Positions 29,230 to 42,291 of a stretch of 64,000 nt of DNA are shown piece after piece; within the stretch, counting starts at the first letter, position 1, and each line of letters begins with the position of its first letter. The stretch covers positions 434,001 to 498,000 of the forward strand of contig NW_026515676.1 of the NCBI RefSeq assembly GCF_025526975.1, given 5' to 3'. The stretch comes from Fimicolochytrium jonesii. Its lineage: Eukaryota. Under the pieces are notes generated by a model. It saw nothing but the letters and a program-made list of their open reading frames with translations. It did no database searches and had not been told where the DNA came from. Both the position numbers and the translations under genes were made by a program.

Positions 29230-30186
29230 GTTGGGAGGTAACGAACGCTTCTAACTAAGAATGTGTGATGCGCTAATGCACACGGACCGATGAAACGAGG
29301 AGAATGAGCCGGCCCAGGTGCTCTTAGTGAATGCTGCAAGGTGGGAGAGAGCGGGGCTCAACAGCTGCCTAGTGGTTGCCTTTCTCCTTGCGCTGTGCCT
29401 GTCCGAATAGGATGCTCAGTATCTTCTGGACAATTCTGCGTTCGGACACGCGTCCGAACATTGCCTTGTTTAACTCGGGTACCAAAAATTGCTATGGCTG
29501 CAAAGCCCCTGCAATATCTCACACACGTTTGCTCACATGCTGATGGTGCATATGGCCCGGAAACGAACGAAGAAGGAGTTGTTATCCTTAATAGATCCAT
29601 CAGTCTGTACCCAATGGGCATTGCACGTTGTCTGGAAGCCAGTGGACAGTCTCTGTCTTAGAGGAATGTCAGGAGGGGGCTTTCGGGTTAACCCTAACCC
29701 CCCGTGGAGCTAGAGATTGCAACTCAGCAGCCGCAGGCAGATCCCAAAGGCACTCGCAGCATTACCGGTTCAAGCGTGAGATGGTCGCATGTAGTACAGT
29801 AGCTGACTATCCCCAGCTGTGAATGGTTGTTTTCCAATGGTGGAGGCAGTAACAAGTGAAGAAGAGTCACTGTCAGTCAGATGCGGCGCGCGTCGCGGCC
29901 GCTGGTTAGATGAGCCCTGCGCGTTTCCCCGGAGCGGGACGCCATGCGACGACGGTAGGGCTCTGTCTGCTTTGCAGCCATAGAATATTTTCCATGGACA
30001 ACGACATGGGAACGCTGTGTCAAGCAGCTTTGTCACCCGCAGGAAAGCATGCATGCTCTCAAAAATAAGCGACTACTAGTAACGTTAATCGAAGGGACAT
30101 CGATTAGGGTAAGCAGGACTGCCGAAATCGAACTGGAGAAGGACTGAGCTTTGAACTCCGAGCAAGGACCCCGAGTGTTCTACGTA

Positions 30187-30291
30187 CAGTCAGGGGAAAT
30201 AAAGGTGGACCCCTCGTGAAATGAATTACCGACTGCCGGCGACGACTTTTATTTCAATTGGAGGAGGGTCTACCTTTATTTCCCCTCACTG
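30187..30291. mobile_element. 105-bp Tc1/mariner-type MITE (hairpin)
   Basis: 26-bp TIRs cagt(c/g)aggggaaataaaggt(g/a)gaccc with 2 mismatches, flanked by TA at 30185-30186 and 30292-30293. Confidence 0.85.
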
Positions 30292-30533
30292 TACAGCACA
30301 TCTTTGAGGGAAACCCGATAGGCTTCAAACGACGGGTTCAATGAACTCATGCAAAGAATTTCACAAGTGTACAGCGCGGCCGTCAGTTTTTCCAAAATAA
30401 TGGTATCTCGAATGTGTATTTCACGGAAATATCAAATACAGTTTCATGAGGGAGGGGGGGATGACCACTAAATTAACTCAACGGTTTATATACATAATGA
30501 CACACGGGTTACGTTGCAGCTCGAGGGACGTAT

Positions 30534-32726
30534 CTAATCGACCTCTTCCATCTTGGACTCGGCGGTGGCCTCCTCCAATGGTGGCAGGTCATCGTGCTCT
30601 TGCGCTGGTGCGTCCTCCTCGTCGATGGACAGACCAAGCTTGACCATCCGGTGGATGCGGCCGGCGAAGCTGGACGGGTCCTCGAGGGAGAAACCGGAGG
30701 CGAGAAGGGCGGTGTCGAACAGTAGGTGAGTGAGGTCCTTCACGGTCTTGTCGTTCTTGTCCTCCGCGACCTTGACCTTGAGAGCCTTGACGATAGCGTT
30801 GTCGGGGTTCAGCTCGAGGGTCTTCTTCGAGGCCATGTAGCTAGACATGGAACTATCCCGGAGAGCCTGGGCCTTCATGATACGCTCCATGTTCGCAGAC
30901 CATCCATATTGTCCGGTGACGAGAACGCAGGGGGAGTTGATGATGCGGTTGGAGATAACGACCTTCTCGACCTTGTCGCCAAGGATCTCCTTGATTTGCT
31001 TGGTGAGAGGCTCGAACTCGGCCTTCTGCTCCTCAAGAGCCTTCTTCTCGTCCTCATCCTCCTCCAACTCAAGACCTTCCTTGGTGGCGGACATGAGCTT
31101 CTTGCCGTCAAACTCCTTGAGTTGCTGGACGCAGTACTCGTCGATGGGGTCAACCATGTACAAGACCTCGAAACCCTTCTTCTTGAGCACTTCCAAGAAG
31201 GGGGAGTTCTCGACGGCCGCCTTGGATTCGCCGGTGATGTAGTAGATGTTCTTTTGCTTCTCGGGCATGCGGGTGACGTAGTCCTTGAAGGAGGTCATCT
31301 CCTCACCAGACTTGGTAGAGTGGAAGCGGAGGAGCTCGGCGAGCTTGGTGCGGTTGGTGGAGTCCTCGTGAATACCGAGCTTGATGTTCTTGGAGAAGGC
31401 CTCGTAGAACTTGTTGAAGTTCTCCTTGTCCTCGGAGATCTCCTGGAACATCTCGAGACACTTCTTGACAATGTTCTTGCGGATGACCTTGAGGATCTTG
31501 TTTTGCTGAAGCACCTCACGGGAGATGTTCAAAGGAAGGTCCTCGGAGTCGACGATACCCTTGACGAAGTTGAGCCACTCGGGGATCAAGTCATCACAGT
31601 CGTCCATAATGAACACACGGCGAACGTAGAGCTTGATGTTGTTACGCTTCTTCTTCGTCTCGAAGAGGTCGAAGGGAGCGCGCTTGGGAATGAAGAGGAT
31701 GGCACGGAACTCGAGTTGACCCTCGACGGAGAAGTGCTTGACAGAGAGGTGTTCCTCCCAGTCGTTGGACAAGCTCTTGTAGAAGGCAGCGTATTCTTCG
31801 TTGGTAATGTCATCGGGGTTACGGGTCCAGAGAGGCTTGATCTTGTTAAGCTCCTCGGTCTCCTTGGTAATCTCCTTGACGGTCTTCTTCTTCTTCTCGG
31901 TCTTTTCCTCCTCGTCCTCGACCTCCTCAATCTTTGGCTTGTCCTCCTCATCTTCCTTCTTCACCTCAACCTCTTCGTCCTCAACTTCCTTCTCGACTTC
32001 CTTCTCGACGACGAGCTGGATGGGGTATCCAATGAACTCAGAGTGCTTCTTAACGATGTCCTTGATAGTCTTCTCCTCGAGGTACTCCAACTGGTCCTCC
32101 TTCATGTGGAGGCGGATGATGGTACCACGGCCGATCTGCTCGTTCTGAGTGTCGCGGGTGATGGTGAAGGAGCCACCGGCAGCGGAGGCCCAGACGTACT
32201 GCTCGTCGTCGTTGTGCTTGGTGATGACCTCAACACGGTCGGCAACGAGGTAAGCAGAGTAGAAACCGACACCAAATTGACCGATCATGGAAATGTCGGC
32301 GCCAGAGGAGAGAGCCTCCATGAATGCCTTGGTTCCGGACTTTGCGATGGTACCCAAGCTATTAACGAGGTCGGCCTTGGTCATACCGATACCAGAATCG
32401 CGGATCTCGAGGATCTTGTTGGTCTTGTCGGGCGTGAGGCGGATGAACAACTCCTTCTCGGAGTCAAGCACCGACGAGTCCGTCAGGGACTGGTAGCGGA
32501 CCTTGTCGAGAGCATCGGAGGCGTTGGAGATCAGTTCACGAAGGAAGACTTCCTTGTTGGAATAGAAGGTGTTGATAATCAGGGACATCAACTGTTGGAA
32601 GCAGAGAGAGAAGGAAGTTAGTTTCCACCGATATCGACATCTGATCTAGCCTTGGGAAAATGTGCCTGAAAAACCTACCTGAGAGATCTCAGCCTGGAAG
32701 GCAAATGTTTCAGCTCCTTCCGCCAT
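30534..32726 (-). CDS. HSP90: Cytosolic heat shock protein 90
   Basis: [34 protein letters not shown]...MEEVD*; one intron. Confidence 0.99.
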
Positions 32727-33120
32727 GTTTGCAATGTGTATTCGTTGAGAACTGGGGGAAACTGTGGTCTGTTGGGGGTGATCGAGTAGATCAAGTGGTG
32801 GTTCGAGGCTCGACGGCTGTGTGTCGCAGAAGAGAAACTGGGGAGGAGCGAGGGTTGCGGTTTCGACGGGGTTTTTATGAGGAGGAAAGTTGCTGAGAGT
32901 GTGGCCGGCGGGGCCCAGGCACGAGCGGTCTGTGACTTCCGCAGTTAGGCCGCGTCGTGCTATCGATTGTGAGTTGCACTGCGCAAAAGCAGGTAGAAGT
33001 CACCGACCCCATTCGCGGCCCGAGCGATTCCAAAGCAAGATCCAGAAAACGTTGGAATTTTTTGATTAGCGGACAAGCCATTTCTCAATGAAAAAGGAGC
33101 AAGATGAAAGGCGGTCGTTT

Positions 33121-33175
33121 TTCTGTCCAGTTCCGAAGAACTGGAAGGAACTTCCATGCCCTTCTGCAGGCTTCC
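33121..33175. promoter_or_regulatory. Candidate step-type heat-shock element upstream of HSP90
   Basis: TTC repeated with a 10-bp period at 33152, 33162 and 33172 (also 33121 and 33131), about 430 bp upstream of the HSP90 ATG. Confidence 0.4.
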
Positions 33176-33418
33176 AAGCGGTGACTCAACTGTGTCCGAG
33201 AACCTACGGGGATAGACTCGGACGAACCGGAAATGGCGTTCCTCGTCCACCATCCAAGAAAGATGGCACGAGACACAGGCTGAAGTGGGAACGACTCTAC
33301 GCCGTCGATATACAGTACAGTACGTAGGATACGCCCTCCACTTGTGCTCGGAAAACCACCAGAACCTGTGGTCGTTATTTGTCAGAAAACCACGGTCATT
33401 TCTCTGTCAAGTCCCGCA

Positions 33419-34093
33419 ATGCCTCACCACCCGTCCCCATTCGGCACCGATGCTCTCTTCGGCTCCTCACCGTCCTTCCTCAGACGTACCTTTGACTCAC
33501 CACTCCCTCCAGTAAACGCCCCCACCACACCTGACAACCAGCATTACCACTCTCAGCACCAGCTTTACTCAACAATACGAGGAGTTAACAGTGATATGGC
33601 AGGGATGGGAGCGGGGACGGGCATGCGCGATATGGCAGGTGGCGGAGGCGGCATAGGAGCGGTTGCTGGATCTGGAGTTGAGCAAAGCAACCTGTGGGCA
33701 CGGGACAGGACGGAGCAAGTATTGGAAGGTACGTCTTGTCTGCCAAGCCTTGTATACCGTATGCTTTGTAGGGTACACGCGCGGGAAACCTGAACCTCGG
33801 AGTCATCACGGGTGGAAACCAATCTTCTCTCCTAAGCAGCAACGGCAACTGAGATACTCGAATGCGCCCGGGTGCTCGCAGAAGATCTGGAAAACGACGA
33901 CTGGATGCATGCAAAGAAAAGGACATCTTGGACACCTGCTTTGCTGAAGCCTCATTCAAGACTGACTTCTCGGCACGGCTCGGGGCCCGGAATCGGAGGG
34001 AGGGAAAGAACGGTATCAATTGGAAATGAGATCAAAGCATGGTTGAGGAAGAATCCCAAGGTCGGGGTTGGCTGTGGCGAGGAGGATAAATAA
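33419..34093 (+). CDS. Hypothetical low-complexity protein (2 exons)
   Basis: Exon MPHHPSPF...EQVLE ends at a gtacgt donor (~33729). A downstream exon reads ...ATEILECARVLAEDLENDDWMH...EEDK*. Confidence 0.55.
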
Positions 34094-34312
34094 TGTCGAA
34101 TGAAGAAAGGTTTTGGAGCATGCATTTTTTGGAGGGGGCGGACCTTTGGGATTGCGTTCACACGTAGCGAAAGAGTACGACGGCTCGTACGATAGCATTG
34201 AGGAAGCGAATGTGTGGGATGGGAGTCCCGGAACTTTGCGCATATGTACGTATGTATCACACAAAAACCAAAAATGTATATGTACCATGCCTCGGACCAC
34301 TCTCATGCTCCG

Positions 34313-35632
34313 TCAGTCATCATCCGATGTGTCTCCGTACGCCCCACATACTAAGCCGGTGGCATCTACACTCGTTGCCTGCATTTTCGTTGGGCTCTCT
34401 AACCCCTCAGACAATTTTCGCTTCTTGACTACTGCCGTTGCTAATGGCCCAGGTGTTGACGGTACTTGCGATGAGGGACCAGATATACGTGGAGGGAAGG
34501 AAGTAGATGGTCCAGATGACGGAAGAGAAAACGGAGCCCTGGATAGGGTGACCGCGAACGGATCATGTTGAGACCTGGACTTGCTTCTAAGCGCGGAGAG
34601 GACTTTGCGGGCTGCTGGGGTATTGGGTATAGACGTGCGAGGCTGTGATGACTTGCTTGTGGAGAAGATGGATCCGTTGTGAATAAGTTCCTTTTTCTTT
34701 GCTATCGTTAGTGGAGACGGTCCTATCGTTCGGGAGTATCAATGAGTGATCTTCTTCCTCGGGCCGCAAACAGGGATGGACACTCACCCCAGTCGATCTG
34801 CTTCGCGATAGCTTCATCCTCCGTACTCGCCGGCAGGATCGTCAGCATCAACGAATTCTTCTCCGCAATCGCCAACCCTTCGTCCTCCACAACCTTCCTC
34901 TCTTTCTTATCCGTTCTGAACTTCCTCCTCATCGTCTGCGACAGCGTATACGGATCCTGCCAGTTCCTATCATTGAGCTGCTTCAATTTCGTCAAGTAAC
35001 GCGATGCCTCTGTCGCCTTCCGTTCATCGTTCGTGCTTTTTTCCAGTCGAGAGAATGCGGCGTCAGCTGTGTTCGCAAGAGATGCATCGTTCGTCTCGTA
35101 TGTCAGCGCCGGCAGGCCGATGTCTTCCGGGTCGTAGCGTTCCTCTCGTCGCCGAGCCCCGCTGATAATCACGTATTCGGCATTCTTCGGATCGGTGTGT
35201 ATCTCGATCCAGGAGGAGCAGAGGTGGCACTTCATTCGGAAGCTCCATATGGGCGTTGTGTAGTACATTCCCGCTTTCTTCTTCTCCGCATTGTACCTCA
35301 CGCCTGTCGTATGGAGCGACGTTACCGTTTCAACGCACATGCACACATCGTTTTTGAAACGCAAACTTGACATACCCATCCCAACATGGTTTCCACAGCC
35401 CTCACACCAAATATTGTACGGGAGCTCGAACCGCACAATAAGAATCCCCTGGTCCAGCTTCCGTGCTCTATCTCGAAGTGGATGCTGCCCAACATATGTG
35501 TTGATAGACCCTTTGGAGGGATCCCAATCAGGGGGCTGTTGGAAGAAACAAAACATGAGTGTCTGAACACCGTTAAGAAGAATGCATAGAGGGACTTACA
35601 TAGTATTTGTTTGTGGCCTTGCGCTCAGCCAT
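34313..35632 (-). CDS. YJU2B: CCDC130/YJU2B (Saf4) splicing factor family protein
   Basis: MAERKATNKYY|PPDWDP, ILIVRFELPYNIWCEGC, GVRYNAEKKK and FRMKCHLC...TDPKN. Confidence 0.92.
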
Positions 35633-35891
35633 TGTGCGCCATTTCAATTATACAGTTGTTGTGAGGAACCTGGTGAGAAGCCTGGTTGAAGCCTCGAGCT
35701 CAGAGCTCGCCCAGGAGCTCGCTGTCAACGCGTTGGTCCCCTCCTCGCTCTCTTCGTCACCTCCTCCGCTCATCTGCCGCACCCTGCTGAGCACCCTGCT
35801 TCGACGCACGGCCAAGTCTTTCTACATAGACAATCACTGACTGGAAAATGGAAGCTATGTGCGGAGGCCGTTCCGAGAGCTCACCACTGAG

Positions 35892-36811
35892 ATGGCCTCG
35901 TTCACACGAGATTCCTTACGGCGTTCAGAGACACAACGAAGCAGACAACGAAGCACCTGTTTCAGACGGCAAAGCGAGTTGAAAGGGAATCGGGTTCCAC
36001 TTGCATCACTCATCTTCCACCAGTCTGCGACGTTCATACTTTGCAGTTCAGTTTATTCACTGCACCTCATATGTCTTCCCATATCAGAACCTCCCACACC
36101 GTTCAGGGAAGAACCTTCCATATGCCTACCTCATTGAATGGAAAAACCCGGTTGCAACCTCCCTACCTACGCTCAAAACCGATATACCGGACGCCCACTT
36201 GAAGATTGAAGGTGAAGGTACAATATTCAAGGTGCGCAAAATATGGCTCAAACTACACTGCGAGTACTTCTCCGGCCCGTGGGTCGAAAATCGGGACACA
36301 CGAGGAGAGATGCAGCGCATCACACTCAAGAATTTCCCGGCGCGAAGCGTTGGATGTTTCCTAGCTGCCCTCTACGATCGTTTCGCCACTGAATCGTTCT
36401 GGACGAGGGAGGATGTGGTCTTCATTTTGATTGACCTGGCTGGCTTTTTTGCTACCGACGTGGTACGACCTGCAGGCGGCCCATAACGTGAACATTGTGG
36501 AAACTTTCTCAAGGAAGCAACCGAGCGAATCTCGCAAATTGATGTTCTCCGCCCCCTGTGCCGTGCATTCCTAGAGAACAGGCTGTAGAGCGACTTGCGA
36601 CTATCTCGTTGAAAACTACAAACTAACGATGGTGCGTCCCGGCGGAATCAATGGCGCAGCGCTGGTGAGATTGTGGAAATCCACAAAGAAAAGCACTTCC
36701 AGAGTCTTTCTTCCGACATGCAAAATTGTCTTACCCATCAGAAGGAACTTCTCGCTCAGCTTCCGGCGCATCGGGAAGATCAAGACGCATGGGGGTGTCA
36801 GGAAGATGTAG
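35892..36811 (+). CDS. BTB/POZ-domain protein (exon structure uncertain)
   Basis: PDAHLKIEGEGTIFKVRKIWLKLHCEYFSGPWVE...ITLKNFPARSVGCFLAALY fits the BTB pattern. Intron 36463-36574 joins in frame to RTGCRATCDYLVENY. Confidence 0.55.
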
Positions 36812-37389
36812 GCAAAGGTAGCTGGAACGAGGATGCACGCTTCAGGGAAAGCATGACTATCAGTCGATCTTGATAGCAAACAGATATGGAATGAAGAATA
36901 TGAGAACGCCTCCTGGAAGTGGTCATATGGAAGGGATGTGCATGGCCTAGGAGGAGGCTAGTTGTTATTCGATTTATGATAGCGCCTTCGTATATTTGCC
37001 TATCACGTCGCAAACAGATTCGATCATGCGTTTGAACTTTGATGCTGTTTGTGGGTTTGCGTTTGTGTGCTGTCAGCGGTCCTGTCAATTTCCAGCTTGA
37101 AAACAATTGCGGCCACACGGAGCTTCGGAGGCCCCTGACCTTCCCATGATTCCCTCCACCTACGCTTCTCCTTGCAACGACAAACCGACCCGACGGCCGA
37201 GCCCTGCTTTCTACCGACCGCTGTTAGAGCTGACCTGCGGCTCACGACGCACATTTATGTCACGACGTCAAGGCAGCTACTCTTTCTAGATTCTCTTCGG
37301 GATTAGCTTGGCCCTCCGACAACTAAACCATAGCCCCGACGTAACCCTCCTTTGCCAACCCGACGAGTCACTGGGAAGGGAACAAGACC

Positions 37390-38070
37390 ATGGCAATAGA
37401 TCAAGAGGCGCCGGAGCCGCCAACGTACGAGGCTCTAATTGCGCAAATTGCTCGGCTACCCACCTCTCGGTTTGCGAGACCTCAGCACCCTCTTTCACCT
37501 TCAGAAACGGATTCCTCCAGCGCCGCGCCACCGGCGTATATCCCTCGCGAACGTTCTTCTATTCCGCTACTTGTTCCATTGCAGTGCGACGGCGTTACAC
37601 GGCCACGAGTTGTCTTCATGGCCTCCTCAGTCATCGCCCACGTTATGCAAACTCGCACCGTCGGCCTTTCGACGCATTCGCCACTTGAGCCGCCCACCGC
37701 TCTCTCGGTGCCACGGCAGCTGAGTGTCCGCGACTTTCTCCGACGATATCTACCTCATTTTGTCCTTTTGCCCCTCATCACTGGCGTTGTGATTGCCATC
37801 GATCCGGTCCTAGTCCGGGACGTACGTGTGGATAGAACAGATCCCGATAGGACAATCGTAGAGATGGCAGGGCTATCGGAATGGGAGTTCCCGCTCTCTG
37901 CGACTTCGAGGACACTGAAACATAAGAGCAAGAATGTCAAATTGTGCGTAAATAGGAGGATCGCAGACGTGTTGAAAATGATCGATCCTCTTGGGTTTGA
38001 ATTGGCAATGGGGGACATGACAAATGTGGAGTTGGGACTTGGGAACACTCTGGCTGATGCCTTGAGATGA
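37390..38070 (+). CDS. Hypothetical protein, 226 aa
   Basis: ATG-initiated intronless ORF with PPTY and PPAY motifs; no family recognised. Confidence 0.5.
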   Translation: MAIDQEAPEPPTYEALIAQIARLPTSRFARPQHPLSPSETDSSSAAPPAYIPRERSSIPLLVPLQCDGVTRPRVVFMASSVIAHVMQTRTVGLSTHSPLEPPTALSVPRQLSVRDFLRRYLPHFVLLPLITGVVIAIDPVLVRDVRVDRTDPDRTIVEMAGLSEWEFPLSATSRTLKHKSKNVKLCVNRRIADVLKMIDPLGFELAMGDMTNVELGLGNTLADALR

Positions 38071-39268
38071 GCTGGATCTTTCCAGAACACAACGCGGCGT
38101 AGATTTTTGGTATCTAGTCTTACGTAGTTTCCGTAGTCTCAATCTCCCTCCAATGTAACTTTGAGTGCGGGCTCTCAACCCCCGGGATGAATGCTTGATG
38201 CAAACCCTTTGATTGTCCTTACGTGGCTCCAACGATGATAGAGCTGTGCAAAAGAAAGACATCGTCGGCGCCAGCAGCGTTGTCGGTAACGAGGCTTACG
38301 ATTCTTCTTACGATCCACCAGCCTCACGCGTCAGCTTCGCGTTAACTTCGCGCCGAGCACCAGAAGTCAGTTGACAAGTGAAGGCAATACCCGTAGAATA
38401 TATTTTGAAAGCGGTATGTTCGTTACGATAAGTTTTCCCAGATCACTTCGGTGTGGGCATTATCCGCCAGCTATCAGGCTCGTCCTGCAATTACCTTCAC
38501 CGGTCTCAACTATACCGATTTAAGAAAGTCTTGTGACGGGATCACATAGATCATGGCTTGATTTCTACCCAGGTTCAGAATGGCTAGAGGCGTGGACTAT
38601 GGGCAGAAGAGCGTGGCGGCAGACTTGGCGCCTTTGCGTTGCTTGACTTACGCTTCACCATAAGCCGGCAGACAGAGAGTTACATACGATGACATGACAC
38701 GGGATTCGGGGATCTTGACCGACGGGGAGTGATACCGAACATGTAAGAAAAAGGAGGTGTCGGGTTAGCTATGGTCTCAACCGTCCCAACCTTGCTGTGC
38801 TTCACAAAAGTCGATCTGTTCAGCCAACGAAGAGTGGTCCTTTCTTGATCCTGTGATGGTCGCAAAGCTTGGCATTCCGTATCCTCGACTTCCCGAGTAG
38901 AATCAGTCTGCTGTTGCAGAATCCATGAGTAAGAAAAGCGAGAAAACGTGGAAAGCCACCCCTCAGGAAAGCCACGTTCAGGTCCGCGGCGCGTTGTTGA
39001 CGCGAAGCGAGGCGAAGCCTTATCTTTCCGCCAAAAGGTCTTGGCATTCGCAAGGCGCTGATGGACTGACCATCATGTCAACCCGCACAGGACAACGCCG
39101 TCCAGATATAGCCCCAGACCTTGTTGTACAAAAAGGCTGAGAAGGTCTCAAAGCTTCCTCCGTCGAAGTTCTACAACACGAACTTACAGGTTGGCGAAAA
39201 AAAGTTGTTGTGCAAAGCCATCACCACCCGATTTCCCACCACCCACTGGCAGCCATCCGAGCGCAACA

Positions 39269-41995
39269 ATGGCCGATAGGAAGCTTCCTTCAGCGCCTCC
39301 CAGCTACAAGGCCGCCACTGGCCGGCCTCCAACTCCCCCGGAGAAACAGCGTGACTACCTCATTGAGCCGAGCGCCCCTCCACTGCCGAACAGACCCGGT
39401 CCGCCGCTGCCCAGTCCGCCGCTGCCCAGTAGGCCGTATGGAAGTTCGTCAACGTTTACCCACCTCGAACTGTCGACGCCGGATACCGCGGAAGGCTCTT
39501 CCGACGACAAGAAGTTGCCTGCCGACGTGGAGTTTCGCTCTGACGGCCGGTTCACGCTCATTTTGCCTCGACACAAGGACCTCGACGATGTCCTGCCGGA
39601 GTATTATGCAACTCTATTTAAAGAGCAGGATCCGGCGGTTATCAAAGCCCAGCAGAAGGTGGATTGGCGCGTACCGTGCATGTCAATCGTCATCCAGATC
39701 GTCGGGAGTCGAGGTGACGTGCAGCCGTACTTGGCACTTGCGAAAGAGCTGCAAACTTTCGGGCACCGCGTGCGCATAGCGACGCATGATATCTTCCGCA
39801 AACTGATCCGGGATAACGGCGTCGAGTTCTTCAACATCGGCGGTGACTCGGCCGAGCTAATGGCATTCATGGTCGAGAACGGTGGCTTGATACCTAGCGT
39901 CGCTTCGATCGCGCGGGGGGATGTGGGAAAAAAGCGAAAGGCGATAGCAGAGATTCTGCGTGGAACGTGGAAGAGCTGCGTTGAGAAAGACGACGAGACG
40001 GGCGCCCCGTTCCTGGCGGAGTGTATTATCGCCAACCCACCATCGTTTGGGCACATCCATTGCGCGGAGAAGCTGGGGATTCCGCTGCACATGTCGTTCA
40101 CCATGCCGTGGACGCCAACAGGGAGTTTTCCTCACCCACTCACAAAGATTGACCATACCGACTCTGTGAGACGGAAATGGAACAAACTGAGTTATACGGT
40201 GGTGGAGCAGCTGACGTGGTCAGGGCTCGGCGATTTGATCAATGCCTTCAGGAGAGACATCGGGCTCACGAGGGAGTTGAGCATGTGGCAGGGGACGGAA
40301 TCTCTGATTGAACTGAAGGTACCCTACACCTACTGTTGGAGTCCGTCGCTTATTGCGAAGCCGGTGGATTGGGGAGATCACATCGGTAAGTTACTTGTGA
40401 GGTTTCCCGGTCCTCCTCGTGGGTTACTTACTCATTTCTGCGTCTTCCTGGTAGATATTACCGGCTTCTACTTCCTTGACCTTGCATCAAACTATACACC
40501 ACCAGATGACTTGACCGACTTCCTGCGAGCTGGGCCACCGCCAATTTACATCGGCTTCGGCAGTATCACCGGCTACGACCCTACGAAGCTCACGAAAGCC
40601 ATTCTCGAAGGTGTGAAGCTCTCAGGTGTCCGCGCCATCATTTCTAAAGGCTGGGCCGGTCTTGGCAAGGGTAGCGACGCAACGAGTCAAGACAAGCAAA
40701 CATTCTTTATAGGAGACTGCCCCCACGACTGGCTTTTCAAACACGTATCAGCAGTCTGTCACCACGGCGGGGCAGGCACACTCAGTGCCGGTTTACGTTG
40801 TGGAAAACCGACCATCGTCGTCCCTTTCTTCGGTGACCAGTTCTTCTGGGGCGCCATGGTACACCGCATGAAAGCGGGGCCGAAACCCATTCCCGCGAAA
40901 CACATGAACGCAGAGAAACTCGCAGATGCGATCCGACAGGCCCTGTCACCGGAGATGATCGAGGTGGCTCAAAACATCGCGTCGCAGATGCAACAGGAGA
41001 ACGGCGTGAGAGCAGGGGTGAACGCTCTCCACGCCAGCTTACCGCTCGAAACCATGCATAGCGATTTCAACGACCAGTACGTGGCCGCATACGCGATTTC
41101 ATCCGCGAAATTGCGAATCTCGAAACCCGTTGCGCAGGTGCTTGCATTAGCGGGCGTCATCACGGAAGCGGATCTCCGGATCCATCATACGAAGGAATGG
41201 GTAATACCTGATGACAAGGATCGGATTTTGGGTCATAGTGCGATTACGGGTGTTGCGGACGGGTTTGTGTCGTTGTTTTCCGAGACGTCGAGGGGGATTA
41301 AGAGTGCGAAGGGGAAGGAGACGGCTGGGGATAAAACTCTGGCGGTTACGAAGGGAGTTGGGGTAGGTGTGGGGAAGCTGATATTGCTTCCCTTGAAAGG
41401 TATGCATGATCGAGCGTTGTCCGTGCGTTGCGCTGCACTCCATAGCTAATTGCCGTTCACTTCAATTACCCCAGGCGGCCTCGAAACCTACCAAGAAGTC
41501 TCCGATGGTCTCTATCGCGCCCCCGGCCTCTGGGACGCGACGTACAAACCCCGTCAGCAAAAGCACATCAACGGCGCACTCACAGGCACGCTCGAAGGCA
41601 TGAAAACCATGGGCGCCGGGTTTGCCGACGGGATCATCGACCTTGTCCGGAAACCCGTTGAATTTGGCAAACAGGACGGCGCCCTCGGCGTCGCGAAAGG
41701 CGTCATGGTTGGCGCGACCAACTGCGCGTTTAAGCCGTTTATGGGTATGATTGGCGGGGTCGGGATGGTGGGTAAGGGATTGTACCGGGAAGCGACAAAG
41801 GGAAAAAGTAGCAGTAAAGTCACGCAGGCGATAACGAATGGGGAGGAGGGCGAGGCGGTTGCGACGGGGGATTGGAGAGTGGATGCGGCGTCCATGACTG
41901 GGTTTGATGCGATGGTGTGTGAGCAGATTGTGAGGGAGTTTGAGGCGAGGGTTGTTAGGAAGGAGGGGAAGTTAAAGAGGAGGAAGACCAAGTAG
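39269..41995 (+). CDS. Sterol 3-beta-glucosyltransferase-like glycosyltransferase (UGT80/UGT51 type, no PH-GRAM region seen)
   Basis: IVGSRGDVQP, GHRVRIATH, IIANPPSFGHIHCAE, PPIYIGFGS, CPHDWLF and HHGGAGT...VPFFGDQFFWG; introns at ~40386-40454 and ~41400-41472. Confidence 0.92.
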
Positions 41996-42291
41996 ACGTA
42001 GACTTAAAAGTATATATATACTTCATTTTGCAGGAGGTAATATGAATTGACATTTTTTTTTTACTACTATGCAAGGGGGCGCAGGCTTTGGCGTTCGAGT
42101 GCAAACGTGCACGAAAAAACATTTGGGGAGATAACATGTTATGGATGCATTTCGTGGTGATGATGTCTATGAACCAAAAAGAAAAGGAATACACACGCAT
42201 GGTATTTGCAGCAGATAAATGCTTGAACGAAAAAACGTGGGATATATGCTTGAACGGCCCCGGTACTACTTGGCGTCCGCTGACCAGTTTT

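Noticed and set aside
30726..32621. 631-aa ORF antisense to HSP90
   Set aside because: Shadow ORF caused by the strong codon bias of HSP90. The same applies to the antisense ORFs over PGK1 and RRP5.
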